In this document: piece by piece, positions 28,631 to 37,550 of the stretch
Numbering within the stretch: position 1 is the first letter of the stretch
Layout of the letters: every line of letters begins with the position of its first letter
Program-made: the position numbers and the translations under genes
DNA from: Candidatus Latescibacterota bacterium
Lineage (GTDB): Bacteria; Latescibacterota; UBA2968; GCA-2709665
Length of the DNA stretch: 64,000 bases
Direction: 5' to 3'
Assembly: GCA_965203805.1 (NCBI GenBank)
Contig: OZ241917.1
Location: 4,224,001-4,288,000, forward strand
Notes under the pieces: generated by a model
What the model saw: only the letters and a program-made list of their open reading frames with translations
What the model was told of the DNA's origin: nothing
Databases searched by the model: none

Positions 28631-30391
28631 TTATTCCCTGTCCCATGGAAAAACGAACGTCGGCGGGTTCACGTACCGGTTCGTGGTGACCACGAGCCGG
28701 CTGCCGCTTCCTGGCGCCAGTCGTACCGTGAAGAAGGGCGAATCCACAGATTGGGTCCTGCCATCGACCTCGACCGCGGTTACCTGGTGCTCGGCATAGG
28801 CCCCCGCTTGCACAATCACGGTCCGATGATCCACCGGATTCACGTTCACCAGCGAGACCGTGGCCGTTTCGTCCGTCAGCCCCTCCACGAGCGCCGCTAC
28901 GTCCGCGGGTATCCCGGCGCGCCGCCGCGCGGGATCGAAGTACCGCAGGCGGCAGTGCAGCGGTTCGCCGTACCGGGGGTTCAATCCACCCAGCATCAAC
29001 TGGGTCAGACAGCTGTTGATGGCCGGATTGAACTTCAGCGTATCGTCCGACATCCGGGTATCGGGGGTACTTGCATCCGCGCGCATGCCGTTCATCTTTT
29101 CGCGGATGGACGCGAATTCCCGGCGCAGCGCCGCCTCGGCAAATCCCCCGTTCTCTCCATCCAGAAACTTCAGCCACGCATTCTCCGGCACGTATTTCAG
29201 GTCCGCCCGATCCATCGACCAGTAGTAGACGTCCAGCGCGCCCTGGCTGTAGGGCGATTGCTGGTAGTCGTACCAGCCGTCGTCGCCGTACATATGCGGG
29301 TACATCGTTCGGTCGTCCACCGTGCGGGTGTTCGCGTTCACGGCCGCGAGCATCCCGCGCCAAACGTCCACGTATTTCTGCTGTCCCGTCAACAACAGCG
29401 CATTTCCGAAGCCCGCCACGCCCCGGACAATCGCATTCCTGTTGGACAGTTCACCCGTCTGCGGCACGACTACCGTGAACCCCCAGCCGTAACACCCGCC
29501 ATACCACTTGCCGTCGCATTCGCCTCCGATTTTCCCGTCCAGTCCGATGTTGCTGGGGAGGATGCCGTTGTTCGCGGCGGCCCGTTCCGCCCATGCATCC
29601 ACGTAATCGACGACCCAGTCCCTGTATTTTTCCTCCGCATCGACCATAAAAGCGTTGAGGCCGAGGGTCGTGGCCGCCAGATTGATGGGATGGTCGCCGA
29701 CCACGTCCGTGTATTCCTCGAAGTGCGCCAGCATTTCCTCGAAATTGCGCTCGCCGTGCGCCGGGTCGAACCGCCCCTCCACCTCGACGGGGTCTCCCGC
29801 CCAGTCCAGCGCGGTCGCTTTCCGTAGCAAGGGCCCCCTGCTTCCGGTAAACAGGCTGCGGATGATCCTGTGCTCCGGATCGTAGTTCTTTGCCTGCGGG
29901 TCCTCATCCATATAGAGTCCGGCGTACCGCCTCGCGCGGTGCCTGAAGTTCATATCGTACGGATCCGACAATCCCTGCAGATTGAAGACGGCCAGGCTCT
30001 CGCCGTGGTGGAACCAGTCCAGGCTCACCGGGAACTCTTTATAGATCATCCCGTCCCGGGCCAGCGGTACCTCGACGGTCTTCGCCTCCGTATACTGCAG
30101 GAGGTGGCCTTCCCATCCCAGTTTGTACATGTCCAGAATACAGTCCGGAGCGCCAATCGCGTGCAGGATGGGCCAGCCCGTGAGATTCTCGATCGCGTCG
30201 TCAGGACCGTCGTTGCCGCCCCATCGGGGCACGCATTGCAAATAACCCCGCGCATCGAAATACCGATTGAAAAACGCCTCGCACGCCCGCGTCTGCGCCC
30301 GGATCAACTCTCTTTCGAGCAACGCCCATTCCGGCGGCGGCGTGGGCGTCTCGATCGAAACGGTCAACGCATTGGGATTCACCTTTGACAT
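28631..30391 (-). CDS. Hypothetical protein, probable (alpha/alpha)6-barrel enzyme
   Basis: 586-aa ORF with strong coding bias; GPDDAIEN, DWFHHGE, WYGGCYGWGF. Confidence 0.6.
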   Translation of the reverse strand: MSKVNPNALTVSIETPTPPPEWALLERELIRAQTRACEAFFNRYFDARGYLQCVPRWGGNDGPDDAIENLTGWPILHAIGAPDCILDMYKLGWEGHLLQYTEAKTVEVPLARDGMIYKEFPVSLDWFHHGESLAVFNLQGLSDPYDMNFRHRARRYAGLYMDEDPQAKNYDPEHRIIRSLFTGSRGPLLRKATALDWAGDPVEVEGRFDPAHGERNFEEMLAHFEEYTDVVGDHPINLAATTLGLNAFMVDAEEKYRDWVVDYVDAWAERAAANNGILPSNIGLDGKIGGECDGKWYGGCYGWGFTVVVPQTGELSNRNAIVRGVAGFGNALLLTGQQKYVDVWRGMLAAVNANTRTVDDRTMYPHMYGDDGWYDYQQSPYSQGALDVYYWSMDRADLKYVPENAWLKFLDGENGGFAEAALRREFASIREKMNGMRADASTPDTRMSDDTLKFNPAINSCLTQLMLGGLNPRYGEPLHCRLRYFDPARRRAGIPADVAALVEGLTDETATVSLVNVNPVDHRTVIVQAGAYAEHQVTAVEVDGRTQSVDSPFFTVRLAPGSGSRLVVTTNRYVNPPTFVFPWDRE

Positions 30392-30429
30392 TTCCAGATC
30401 CTCTCAATCATCGTTTCCTGGACGCCTGG

Positions 30430-30678
30430 TTTTCTCCCCCTTTCCCTCCGGGAGAGGGGGCTGGGGGGAGAGGTCTGCGCCTCGTCAGGTCCTGCTACCT
30501 CACAGCGCACGCGGCAATGGGTTTGCCTTTTGCTGTTTGTCTTTGCTTCAAGCTGATTGCTGAATGCTGACCGCTGAAGGCTGCTCTTCGACGGCAGGGA
30601 ATTTGGGGAGATGTGGATGTTGAAGTTGAATCTCGTCTTTTGGTTCAAGCTGACTGCTGAAAGCTGATGGCTGATGGC
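30430..30678. repeat. Partial copies of the same repeat family (REP-like hairpin plus two right-end heptamer runs)
   Basis: ttctccccctttccctccgggagagggggctggggggagaggtctgcg nearly matches nt 19811-19858; ttcaagctga(nn gctga)n at about 30547 and 30645. Confidence 0.7.
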
Positions 30679-30763
30679 CGTTTCTCAACAAAATAGCCAA
30701 TGAAAACTCCGGATACAACGCAAAAGGGCGCGGCCTCAAGGGTGTGCGCCAGAAAGAAAAACC

Positions 30764-30792
30764 TTGACGCGCAAATTCTGCTTCTCTATCTT
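30764..30792 (+). promoter_or_regulatory. sigma70-type promoter for the His leader/operon
   Basis: TTGACG-17 nt-TATCTT. Confidence 0.6.
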
Positions 30793-30801
30793 AAGGCCGC
30801 G

Positions 30802-30951
30802 ATGAAGACATTGAATGACATACGGGACACGTTCAGGAATTCGATTCCCAATCCATCAGGGATGACGTGCGCCCACACCGCCCATCGGCATGCGCACCAT
30901 AGCGCTTACGCGACCCTTCGCGCAATTCGCTCGGCGGTGGACTGGACCTGA
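30802..30951 (+). CDS. His-rich leader peptide (attenuator); alternative start ATG 30862
   Basis: ...MTCAHTAHRHAHHSAY..., with 5 His in 9 codons, followed by an intrinsic terminator and then hisI/hisG. Confidence 0.7.
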   Translation: MKTLNDIRDTFRNSIPNPSGMTCAHTAHRHAHHSAYATLRAIRSAVDWT

Positions 30952-30968
30952 TTTGATCGCGCAGAAGC

Positions 30969-31004
30969 AAAAAGGCCCGCTGTCGAGAGACAGCGGGCCT
31001 TTTT
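30969..31004 (+). terminator. Intrinsic terminator (attenuator)
   Basis: AAAAAGGCCCGCTGTC-GAGA-GACAGCGGGCCTTTTT perfect hairpin with U-tract. Confidence 0.85.
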
Positions 31005-31080
31005 AATTGGCAGCGATGAACGGTTCTGGCAATGAATGTCAATGGACTGATTTGGCTTGATCCGGAAAGGGATCTGAAAA

Positions 31081-31803
31081 ATGCCGCACAATGACGACGC
31101 TTACGGGCGCATGACGTGGGACTTCCATCGCGGCATTCCCGCCAGGGAAATCGTGGAACGCGAAGACGGATGCATCTCCGCCGGCAAGTCGAGCGACTAC
31201 TTCAAGCCGTTTTCCGAGTGGCCGCCACAGCAGCAGGAGGCGATGAACTTTGTGTCGGGACGCGTCCTGGACATCGGCTGCGGGCCGGGACGGCACGCCC
31301 TCCACCTTCAGCAGAAGGGGTTCGACGTCCTGGGCATCGACCGGTCTCCCCTGGCGATCAGAGTCGCCCGTGAACGGGGTCTGACGAATGCCAGGGTTCT
31401 GAGCGTAACGCAGATTTCCCATCGGCTCGGCCAGTTCGATACAACTCTGATGCTAGGCGCCAATTTCGGCCTGTTCGGGAACCTGAAACGCGCCCGGTGG
31501 CTGTTGCGGAAGATGCGAAATATGACGCCTTCCGACGGTCGGATTATCGCCGAGACCAGGGACCCCTACGAAACCACGAGCAAAGTGCATCTGGACTATC
31601 ACGAATCCAACCGCAGACGCGGCAGGTTCTCCTGTCAACTCAGAATCCGGATCCGCTACGAACGGTACATCGATGCGTGGTTTGACTATCTTCAGGTGTC
31701 CCGAACAGAGATGGCATTCATTCTGAAAGACACCGGTTGGCGGATATCAAGATTCATCCCCGAAACCGGCGCCGTGTACGTCGCGATTATTGAGAAAGCA
31801 TGA
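31081..31803 (+). CDS. Class I SAM-dependent methyltransferase
   Basis: VLDIGCGPGRH, LGIDRS, FDTTLML. Confidence 0.85.
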   Translation: MPHNDDAYGRMTWDFHRGIPAREIVEREDGCISAGKSSDYFKPFSEWPPQQQEAMNFVSGRVLDIGCGPGRHALHLQQKGFDVLGIDRSPLAIRVARERGLTNARVLSVTQISHRLGQFDTTLMLGANFGLFGNLKRARWLLRKMRNMTPSDGRIIAETRDPYETTSKVHLDYHESNRRRGRFSCQLRIRIRYERYIDAWFDYLQVSRTEMAFILKDTGWRISRFIPETGAVYVAIIEKA

Positions 31804-31843
31804 AGAGAATCGAACTCGAATCCCGCTCAACGAGGAAATCGCC

Positions 31844-32272
31844 ATGGCTGTCGACAACAAACTCGAAGAAGGCACATCGATTCAACTCGACTTCGGGAAG
31901 TTGAACCGGGTTGCACAGACCGGCCAATCAGTCATCCCCGTCGCAGTACAGGACGTGGAGAGCAAAGCCGTTCTTCTCATCGGCTATGCCAATCGACAGG
32001 CGCTCGACCACGCGCTGAAACACGGCGTGGCGACGTTCTGGAGTACGTCGCGCAACGAACTCTGGATCAAGGGGGCAACGTCGGGAGACATGCTCGAACT
32101 GGTCGACGTGCGCGTGAACTGCGAGCAGAATTCCCTGCTATACATGGTGCGCCTGAAGGGCGAGGGATCGTGTCACACGAAGGAAAACGGCCGCGCCCGG
32201 TATGGTTGCTATTACCGCAGCATCGACAACGGGAGTCTGGCGTTTGTGGATCCCGGAACCATCTCGGAGTAA
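31844..32272 (+). CDS. hisI: Phosphoribosyl-AMP cyclohydrolase
   Basis: FWSTSRNELWIKGATSG, NCEQNSLL, SCHT..CYYR; GAGGA RBS. Confidence 0.85.
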   Translation: MAVDNKLEEGTSIQLDFGKLNRVAQTGQSVIPVAVQDVESKAVLLIGYANRQALDHALKHGVATFWSTSRNELWIKGATSGDMLELVDVRVNCEQNSLLYMVRLKGEGSCHTKENGRARYGCYYRSIDNGSLAFVDPGTISE

Positions 32273-32275
32273 TCC

Positions 32276-33136
32276 ATGAATTTCACACTTGGCCTGCCAA
32301 ACGGCAGCATGCAGGGGCCGCTTTGCGACCTGCTCTCCCGGGTCTGCCTGGACGTTCGCCCCAGGGGACGCAACGGCCAGGTTGCGATGGACGGACTGGA
32401 CCTCTTCGGTCAGGCCGTCTATATGCGTCCCCAGGATATTCCCTGGGCGCTCCTGAAGCAACAGATCGACTGCGGCATCTGCGGCCTGGACTGCGTTGTC
32501 GAAACCGAACTCGCGCAACGGTCCGGATCCGACACACAGATTCGACGCCTGGCGGAACTGAATCTCAGCCGCGAGACCCGCACGCCCGCGCGCGTCGTTC
32601 TATTCGGCCGGCCGGACAGTCGACTACTGTCGCAAAATGCGACAGTCACCATCAGCTCCGAATATCCGGCGATTACCCGCGCGCGCTATCCCCATGCGGA
32701 GATTGATTTCTCGCACGGGAGCACGGAAATCAAGGTGGCGATGGAGCTCTTCGACTACGGTGTGGGGGTCACGATCACGGGCGACAGCCTGCGCGAGAAC
32801 GGGCTCGAACTCGTTGAGGAGTTCATGGTATCGCCCGTCGTCATCATTGCGCGAGAATCCAGGACCGAATTCGCAGCCCTCGGAGACCTCATGGCGGGCG
32901 CACTGGATGCCGAAAACTATCAACTCGTCAAATTGAACGTCGACAACGGGCACAGGCCCGCCGTTCTGAGTATCCTGCCCTCCCGACGCGCTCCCACGCT
33001 CAGCGCCCTGTCGGACAGCGCAAGCGCAATCGAGACCCTCGTCCCCAGATCACAGACGGCAGCCCTCCTGATCCGCCTCCGAACCCTTGGCGCGACGGAT
33101 ATCGTCGTCCAGGACATCAATGCGATCGTGGGATAG
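32276..33136 (+). CDS. hisG: ATP phosphoribosyltransferase, long form
   Basis: LGLPNGSM, RPQDIP, GLDCVVE, SEYP, HGSTE, TGDSLRENGL, C-terminal ACT-like domain. Confidence 0.85.
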   Translation: MNFTLGLPNGSMQGPLCDLLSRVCLDVRPRGRNGQVAMDGLDLFGQAVYMRPQDIPWALLKQQIDCGICGLDCVVETELAQRSGSDTQIRRLAELNLSRETRTPARVVLFGRPDSRLLSQNATVTISSEYPAITRARYPHAEIDFSHGSTEIKVAMELFDYGVGVTITGDSLRENGLELVEEFMVSPVVIIARESRTEFAALGDLMAGALDAENYQLVKLNVDNGHRPAVLSILPSRRAPTLSALSDSASAIETLVPRSQTAALLIRLRTLGATDIVVQDINAIVG

Positions 33137-33265
33137 GATCATCCGACCGGTGGCGTACGTGAAAGAGGCGAGGGCGGGTGATCGAAGGACAACAAAGCAG
33201 AGGAGGGAAACTGCGGAGAGTGCTAACGGGGAAGCAGCGCAGGGACGGGTCGCGAGGAACGGAGG

Positions 33266-34432
33266 CTACGCCGTTGGGACGATCGCGCCGTTCCAGAGAC
33301 GCTCCAGAAAATCCTGCCAGGGCAATATCAGGATGCCGTCGGTAGTCATCCTCGGCGACGAGTCCTGTGAAACGACGAGACATCGGGCGACGTCGAATTC
33401 CTCCTTGAATGCTCGGATACCCTTCAGGTGTCTGTCCTGGATCCGGGAGGTCGATTTCACTTCGATGGCGGCGTCGCCGTTTCCAAGGATGAAATCGACC
33501 TCGAAACCGGACGTCGTGCGCCAATATGTGATCGGATAGAACGACCCGGAATAGCTGGAATGAGCCGACACTTCCAAATAGATGAAGTGTTCGAACGCTC
33601 TTCCGAACAATTCCGATCCCGGCCGGACCTGCCCGCGGCCGGTGAGGTGCGCCACCACGCCAATATCGAAGAAATAGAACCGGGGCGCCCCGACAACGCG
33701 GCGTTTCGCGCGCCTGCGAAACGGAGATACATGGCTCCCGATTAACGTGTCTACCAGAATCTGAAAATATCCTCTCGCCGTGGGCGCGCTGACACCGCAT
33801 TCCGCGGCGATTGTATTGTAGTTTATCAATTCGCCGTTGGACATGGCCGCGATTTCGAGAAACCGACTGAAGGCAGGGATATTTCGCGTCAGCGCTTCAG
33901 CTGCGATTTCCTCACGCAGATAGTCGCCAACGTACGCTTGAGTCAACCGGCGCGGCCGATCGCTCCGATAGTGCCGCGGCAGCAGGCCGGCATTCAACGC
34001 GCGTTCGAGTGAGAAATCGGGAATCTCGGAATAAACCAGGGGATGTAACTGATAGCGAACGGCACGCCCGCCCAGCAGATTGCTGCCGCCCAGCCTCAAC
34101 TTTCGCGTGCTCGATCCACAGAGGAGAAAGCGCAATCCCCTGTTTTCCATGAGCCAATGCACTTCGTTCAACAGGTCAGGGATCCTCTGCACCTCGTCGA
34201 TGACGATCGGATCGACCTGGGAATCGCCGTCCAGTCGGGCTGCAAGGCACTCCTCGCGAATCATCTCAGGACGATCGATCAGCGCGCGGTACACGTCGGC
34301 AAGCAGGAGATCGTAACGCCTTGACTTCGGAAACAATGTCCGGATGAGCGTGGACTTTCCAGTCTGGCGCGGACCCCAGAGAAAACACGTCTCTTGTTCG
34401 ATAAAATCTAAATGTAATATTCGATTATACAT
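33266..34432 (-). CDS. AAA_14 ATPase with DUF4143 domain
   Basis: GPRQTGKST, IDEVQ, LCGSS, YFFDIG, EVDF..IEVKS. Confidence 0.9.
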   Translation of the reverse strand: MYNRILHLDFIEQETCFLWGPRQTGKSTLIRTLFPKSRRYDLLLADVYRALIDRPEMIREECLAARLDGDSQVDPIVIDEVQRIPDLLNEVHWLMENRGLRFLLCGSSTRKLRLGGSNLLGGRAVRYQLHPLVYSEIPDFSLERALNAGLLPRHYRSDRPRRLTQAYVGDYLREEIAAEALTRNIPAFSRFLEIAAMSNGELINYNTIAAECGVSAPTARGYFQILVDTLIGSHVSPFRRRAKRRVVGAPRFYFFDIGVVAHLTGRGQVRPGSELFGRAFEHFIYLEVSAHSSYSGSFYPITYWRTTSGFEVDFILGNGDAAIEVKSTSRIQDRHLKGIRAFKEEFDVARCLVVSQDSSPRMTTDGILILPWQDFLERLWNGAIVPTA

Positions 34433-34469
34433 GAATATCTAAAATAGACATTTAGATATTCATTGTCAA
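34431..34469 (-). promoter_or_regulatory. Promoter with operator; near-leaderless start for the AAA_14 gene
   Basis: Minus-strand TTGACA-17-TATTTT; perfect 13-bp IR atgaatatctaaa/tttagatattcat over the -10 box and start codon. Confidence 0.6.
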
Positions 34470-34622
34470 TCGGTATATTGGAGACCGTGCATGATTCGTT
34501 GGAGAGAGCCTTCGGCTGACGTACAACAGGTTGGGCGGGAGATAGTTCTGGAAATGACAGGTCGGCTGGTTGCCAGGACGTTCATCCTGAGGAGGCCGCC
34601 TGGCCGAAGAGAATCCGTGCCG

Positions 34623-35165
34623 TCAACTGGCCTTATAGAAGAGCCGCAGGGTATTTTCGTCTCCAAACAGGATATCCAGCAGCGCCTGTATCTCCGGGTC
34701 GACCTCTACCGAACCTCCGGACTGCCTGATCAGGTTCAGGTAACGCTCCTTGTTCAGGACAAGTGTCAGGTCGTCGCCGTCCACGGAGTACTGGCACTGA
34801 ATTGTAAATCCATCTTCGGCGACCATCGTCAGGACGTCGCCCTGCACCGACCATACGCCCGTCGTGCCTGCGTTGTCTTCGTACGTTCTATCGGCGTTAA
34901 ACCGCACAGTCGACAGCCCGGTGTCGCGGAAACCGGCTTCCATTTCGTTCCGGAATCCAGCGACCATTCGTTGTGCAGCCGTCAGGTTCCAGCCCAGATC
35001 CAGCAGGTAATTCTGCAGGTTTGCCGCTGCCGTGGAACCGAAATCGGTACCCCGGTAAGTCCACGACCCAACCAGATCATTGACCGGCTCCGTGGGTTTG
35101 TCGACGCCACAGGACATCGCAATCCCAACAAGCAGATTCAATCCGACCAGCGATCTCCGGCTCAT
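34623..35165 (-). CDS. Lipoprotein, lipocalin-like; tandem paralogue
   Basis: Lipobox IAMSC, LVGSW; similar to the neighbour. Confidence 0.7.
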   Translation of the reverse strand: MSRRSLVGLNLLVGIAMSCGVDKPTEPVNDLVGSWTYRGTDFGSTAAANLQNYLLDLGWNLTAAQRMVAGFRNEMEAGFRDTGLSTVRFNADRTYEDNAGTTGVWSVQGDVLTMVAEDGFTIQCQYSVDGDDLTLVLNKERYLNLIRQSGGSVEVDPEIQALLDILFGDENTLRLFYKAS

Positions 35166-35239
35166 CAGGACGCCCTTCGCCTTTGTCACAGACCCGGGCT
35201 CGTGCCCACAGCCGCCAACTGCTCGAAATCTCACGCCCG

Positions 35240-35782
35240 CTACCGGGCCTTATAGAAGAGCCGCAGCGAGTCGCCGTCGCCAAACAGGATATTCAGAAGC
35301 GCCAGTGTATCCGCGTCAAGCTCAACCGCACCCTCCGTTTGCCTGATGACGTTCAGGTACCGGTCCTTGTTCAGGATGAGCGTCAGGTCTTCGCCGTCCA
35401 CGAAGTACTGACATTGAATGGTGAGTCCATCATCCTGGACGATGGTGAGGACGTCGCCCAGGACCGACCAGATTCCCGAATTGCCTGAATTATCTTCGAA
35501 GGTCCGGTCCTCATTGAATCGCACGATTTCCAGGCCTGTCTCCCGGAATCCTCTATCCATCTCGTTCTTGAATTCTGCGACCAGTTGCTGCACTACAGCC
35601 TGTTCCAGACCCTGGTCCAGCAGGTGATTCTGCAGGTTGGTCGCCGCCGTCGAACTGAAATCGGAATTCTGGAATGTCCAGGACCCGACCAGATCCTGAC
35701 CCGGAGGCACGGGTTTGTCGTCACCGCAGGACAACACGCAAGCAATAAAGACTGCCAGACCGAAAATACCCGCCCGCCACAT
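35240..35782 (-). CDS. Lipoprotein, lipocalin-like; tandem paralogue
   Basis: Lipobox VLSC, LVGSW, shared STAAxNLQN and LNILFGD..LRLFYKA. Confidence 0.7.
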   Translation of the reverse strand: MWRAGIFGLAVFIACVLSCGDDKPVPPGQDLVGSWTFQNSDFSSTAATNLQNHLLDQGLEQAVVQQLVAEFKNEMDRGFRETGLEIVRFNEDRTFEDNSGNSGIWSVLGDVLTIVQDDGLTIQCQYFVDGEDLTLILNKDRYLNVIRQTEGAVELDADTLALLNILFGDGDSLRLFYKAR

Positions 35783-35874
35783 AGAATCTCCCTGAATTAT
35801 CGTCAAAGCGACGTTGTTTGGCGCAACGGGTTCGCGCTACGCCCGTTCGGGCCCGGACAGATCAGCTGGAACGA

Positions 35875-37509
35875 TCAGAAGAGCGAGAATTCGATCTCCT
35901 TCGCCGTGATGAACTCCAGCAGCACCGGGACGCCTTCCTCCGTTTTTCTGATTCCCCGCTCGATGGCCGGCACGATGTCGTCGGGCGATTCCACGCGTTC
36001 GCCGTAGCCTCCGAACGCCTTCGCCATGTCGGCGTAGTGACCGGAAATGTCCGTGCTGCGGTATTTTTCCGTGGATACGGGCATTATCGGAAGCTCGATC
36101 GCCATGCTGAAATTGTTGAAGAGCACCGACAGTATGGGAATGCGCTCGCGCACGGCCGTCTCGAAGTCCATTCCCGTAAAGCCGATGGCGGCATCGCCCC
36201 AAACGTTGATGCACAGCTTGTCCGGGCTGGCCAGCTTTGCGCCCATGGCAAGACCCAGACCGTAACCGAGCTGGGTCGTCTTGCCCCAGCCGATGTATGA
36301 GAGCGGCGTATGGGACTCCCAGAACGGAGAAAGCTGGTCTCGGGGGCTGCCGGCGTCGTGTGTGATGATCGTGTTCGGGACGTCGACGGTCTGCATCAGG
36401 TCCCGGATCACCCGGTACGGCGAAAGCGGTGCTTCGTTCAGCGTCAGTTTCGGCATCCACTGAGAGAGCCATTCGCGCTTTACCGAGGCGATCTCCCGCG
36501 CCACCTGTTCGGCCCGGCCCCTGGGCTGTCCGTCCAGCCGCTCTCTGACTTCCTCCGCCAGGGCCTCCAGGGTGAGTTTCGCGTCACCCAACAGTGCGTG
36601 CTCGACTTCGACGTCTTTGTTGATATCCTCCGGATCCAGCGTGGCGTGGACGATCCGCTTACCATCGGGCATGGGCACCCCGAAATTGGTGCGTGAGAAA
36701 CTGCATCCGATCCCGAAGATCAGGTCCGCCTCCTGCAGGAAGTGGTGCACGGGTTTGGGAATGGACCTGCCGCCGGAACCCAATGACAGATGGTGGTTCT
36801 CCGGAAAGGCGCTCTTTCCCCCCAGACTGGTGGTGACGGGCGCCTCGAGCAGTTCCGCGAGGTCCCGCAGGGCCTCCCAGGCCTCCGCGTAGTGCACGCC
36901 CTGGCCCGCATAGATCACGGGCCGTTGCGCGTCCAGCAACATGGTTGCCGCCTTCTCGACCTCGCGAGGGTCCGGACCTGTCCTCAGCGACGGCGCCGGA
37001 CGGTAGTGGAGAGGCCCGGCAATCTCCTCGTCGAATACATCACCCGGGAATTCCACGAGCACAGGGCGGGGGCGGCCATTGCGCACCTGCGTGAATGCCC
37101 GCCTCATCACTTCAGGCACGGTTTCCGAAAGGATGACCTGCTCGGAAAGCTTGGTGACGTGGCGGTAGTTCAGCGCCGAGTTGAAATTCGGCTGCACGTT
37201 GGTCAGCCCTCTGGAATAACCCAGCGGCAGTACGAGGATCGGCGCCGAATCCCCGTATGCCTGTGCGACGCCGCCGAATGCGTTCTCGGAACCGGGGCCG
37301 CTCTGCATACAGAAGACGCCAATCTGCCTGCCGGACGTCATTCGGCTCAGCGCGTCGGCCATGTGCAGGCCTATCCGTTCCTGGCGGACGAGAATGGGCC
37401 GGATATCCACCTTGGCCGCGGCCTCGATGAGAGGATTCACCGGATAGGCGAACAGGTACTCCACGCCCTCCGCTTTCATGATATGGGCGACCACGTCTGC
37501 AACGTTCAT
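35875..37509 (-). CDS. Thiamine-pyrophosphate-requiring enzyme (acetolactate synthase-like)
   Basis: RQER, QSGPG, YAGQG, WGDAA..FNN TPP motif. Confidence 0.9.
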   Translation of the reverse strand: MNVADVVAHIMKAEGVEYLFAYPVNPLIEAAAKVDIRPILVRQERIGLHMADALSRMTSGRQIGVFCMQSGPGSENAFGGVAQAYGDSAPILVLPLGYSRGLTNVQPNFNSALNYRHVTKLSEQVILSETVPEVMRRAFTQVRNGRPRPVLVEFPGDVFDEEIAGPLHYRPAPSLRTGPDPREVEKAATMLLDAQRPVIYAGQGVHYAEAWEALRDLAELLEAPVTTSLGGKSAFPENHHLSLGSGGRSIPKPVHHFLQEADLIFGIGCSFSRTNFGVPMPDGKRIVHATLDPEDINKDVEVEHALLGDAKLTLEALAEEVRERLDGQPRGRAEQVAREIASVKREWLSQWMPKLTLNEAPLSPYRVIRDLMQTVDVPNTIITHDAGSPRDQLSPFWESHTPLSYIGWGKTTQLGYGLGLAMGAKLASPDKLCINVWGDAAIGFTGMDFETAVRERIPILSVLFNNFSMAIELPIMPVSTEKYRSTDISGHYADMAKAFGGYGERVESPDDIVPAIERGIRKTEEGVPVLLEFITAKEIEFSLF

Positions 37510-37550
37510 AGGTTACTCCTCGCGCTTACGTTTTTTTTCAATCTGATCGC

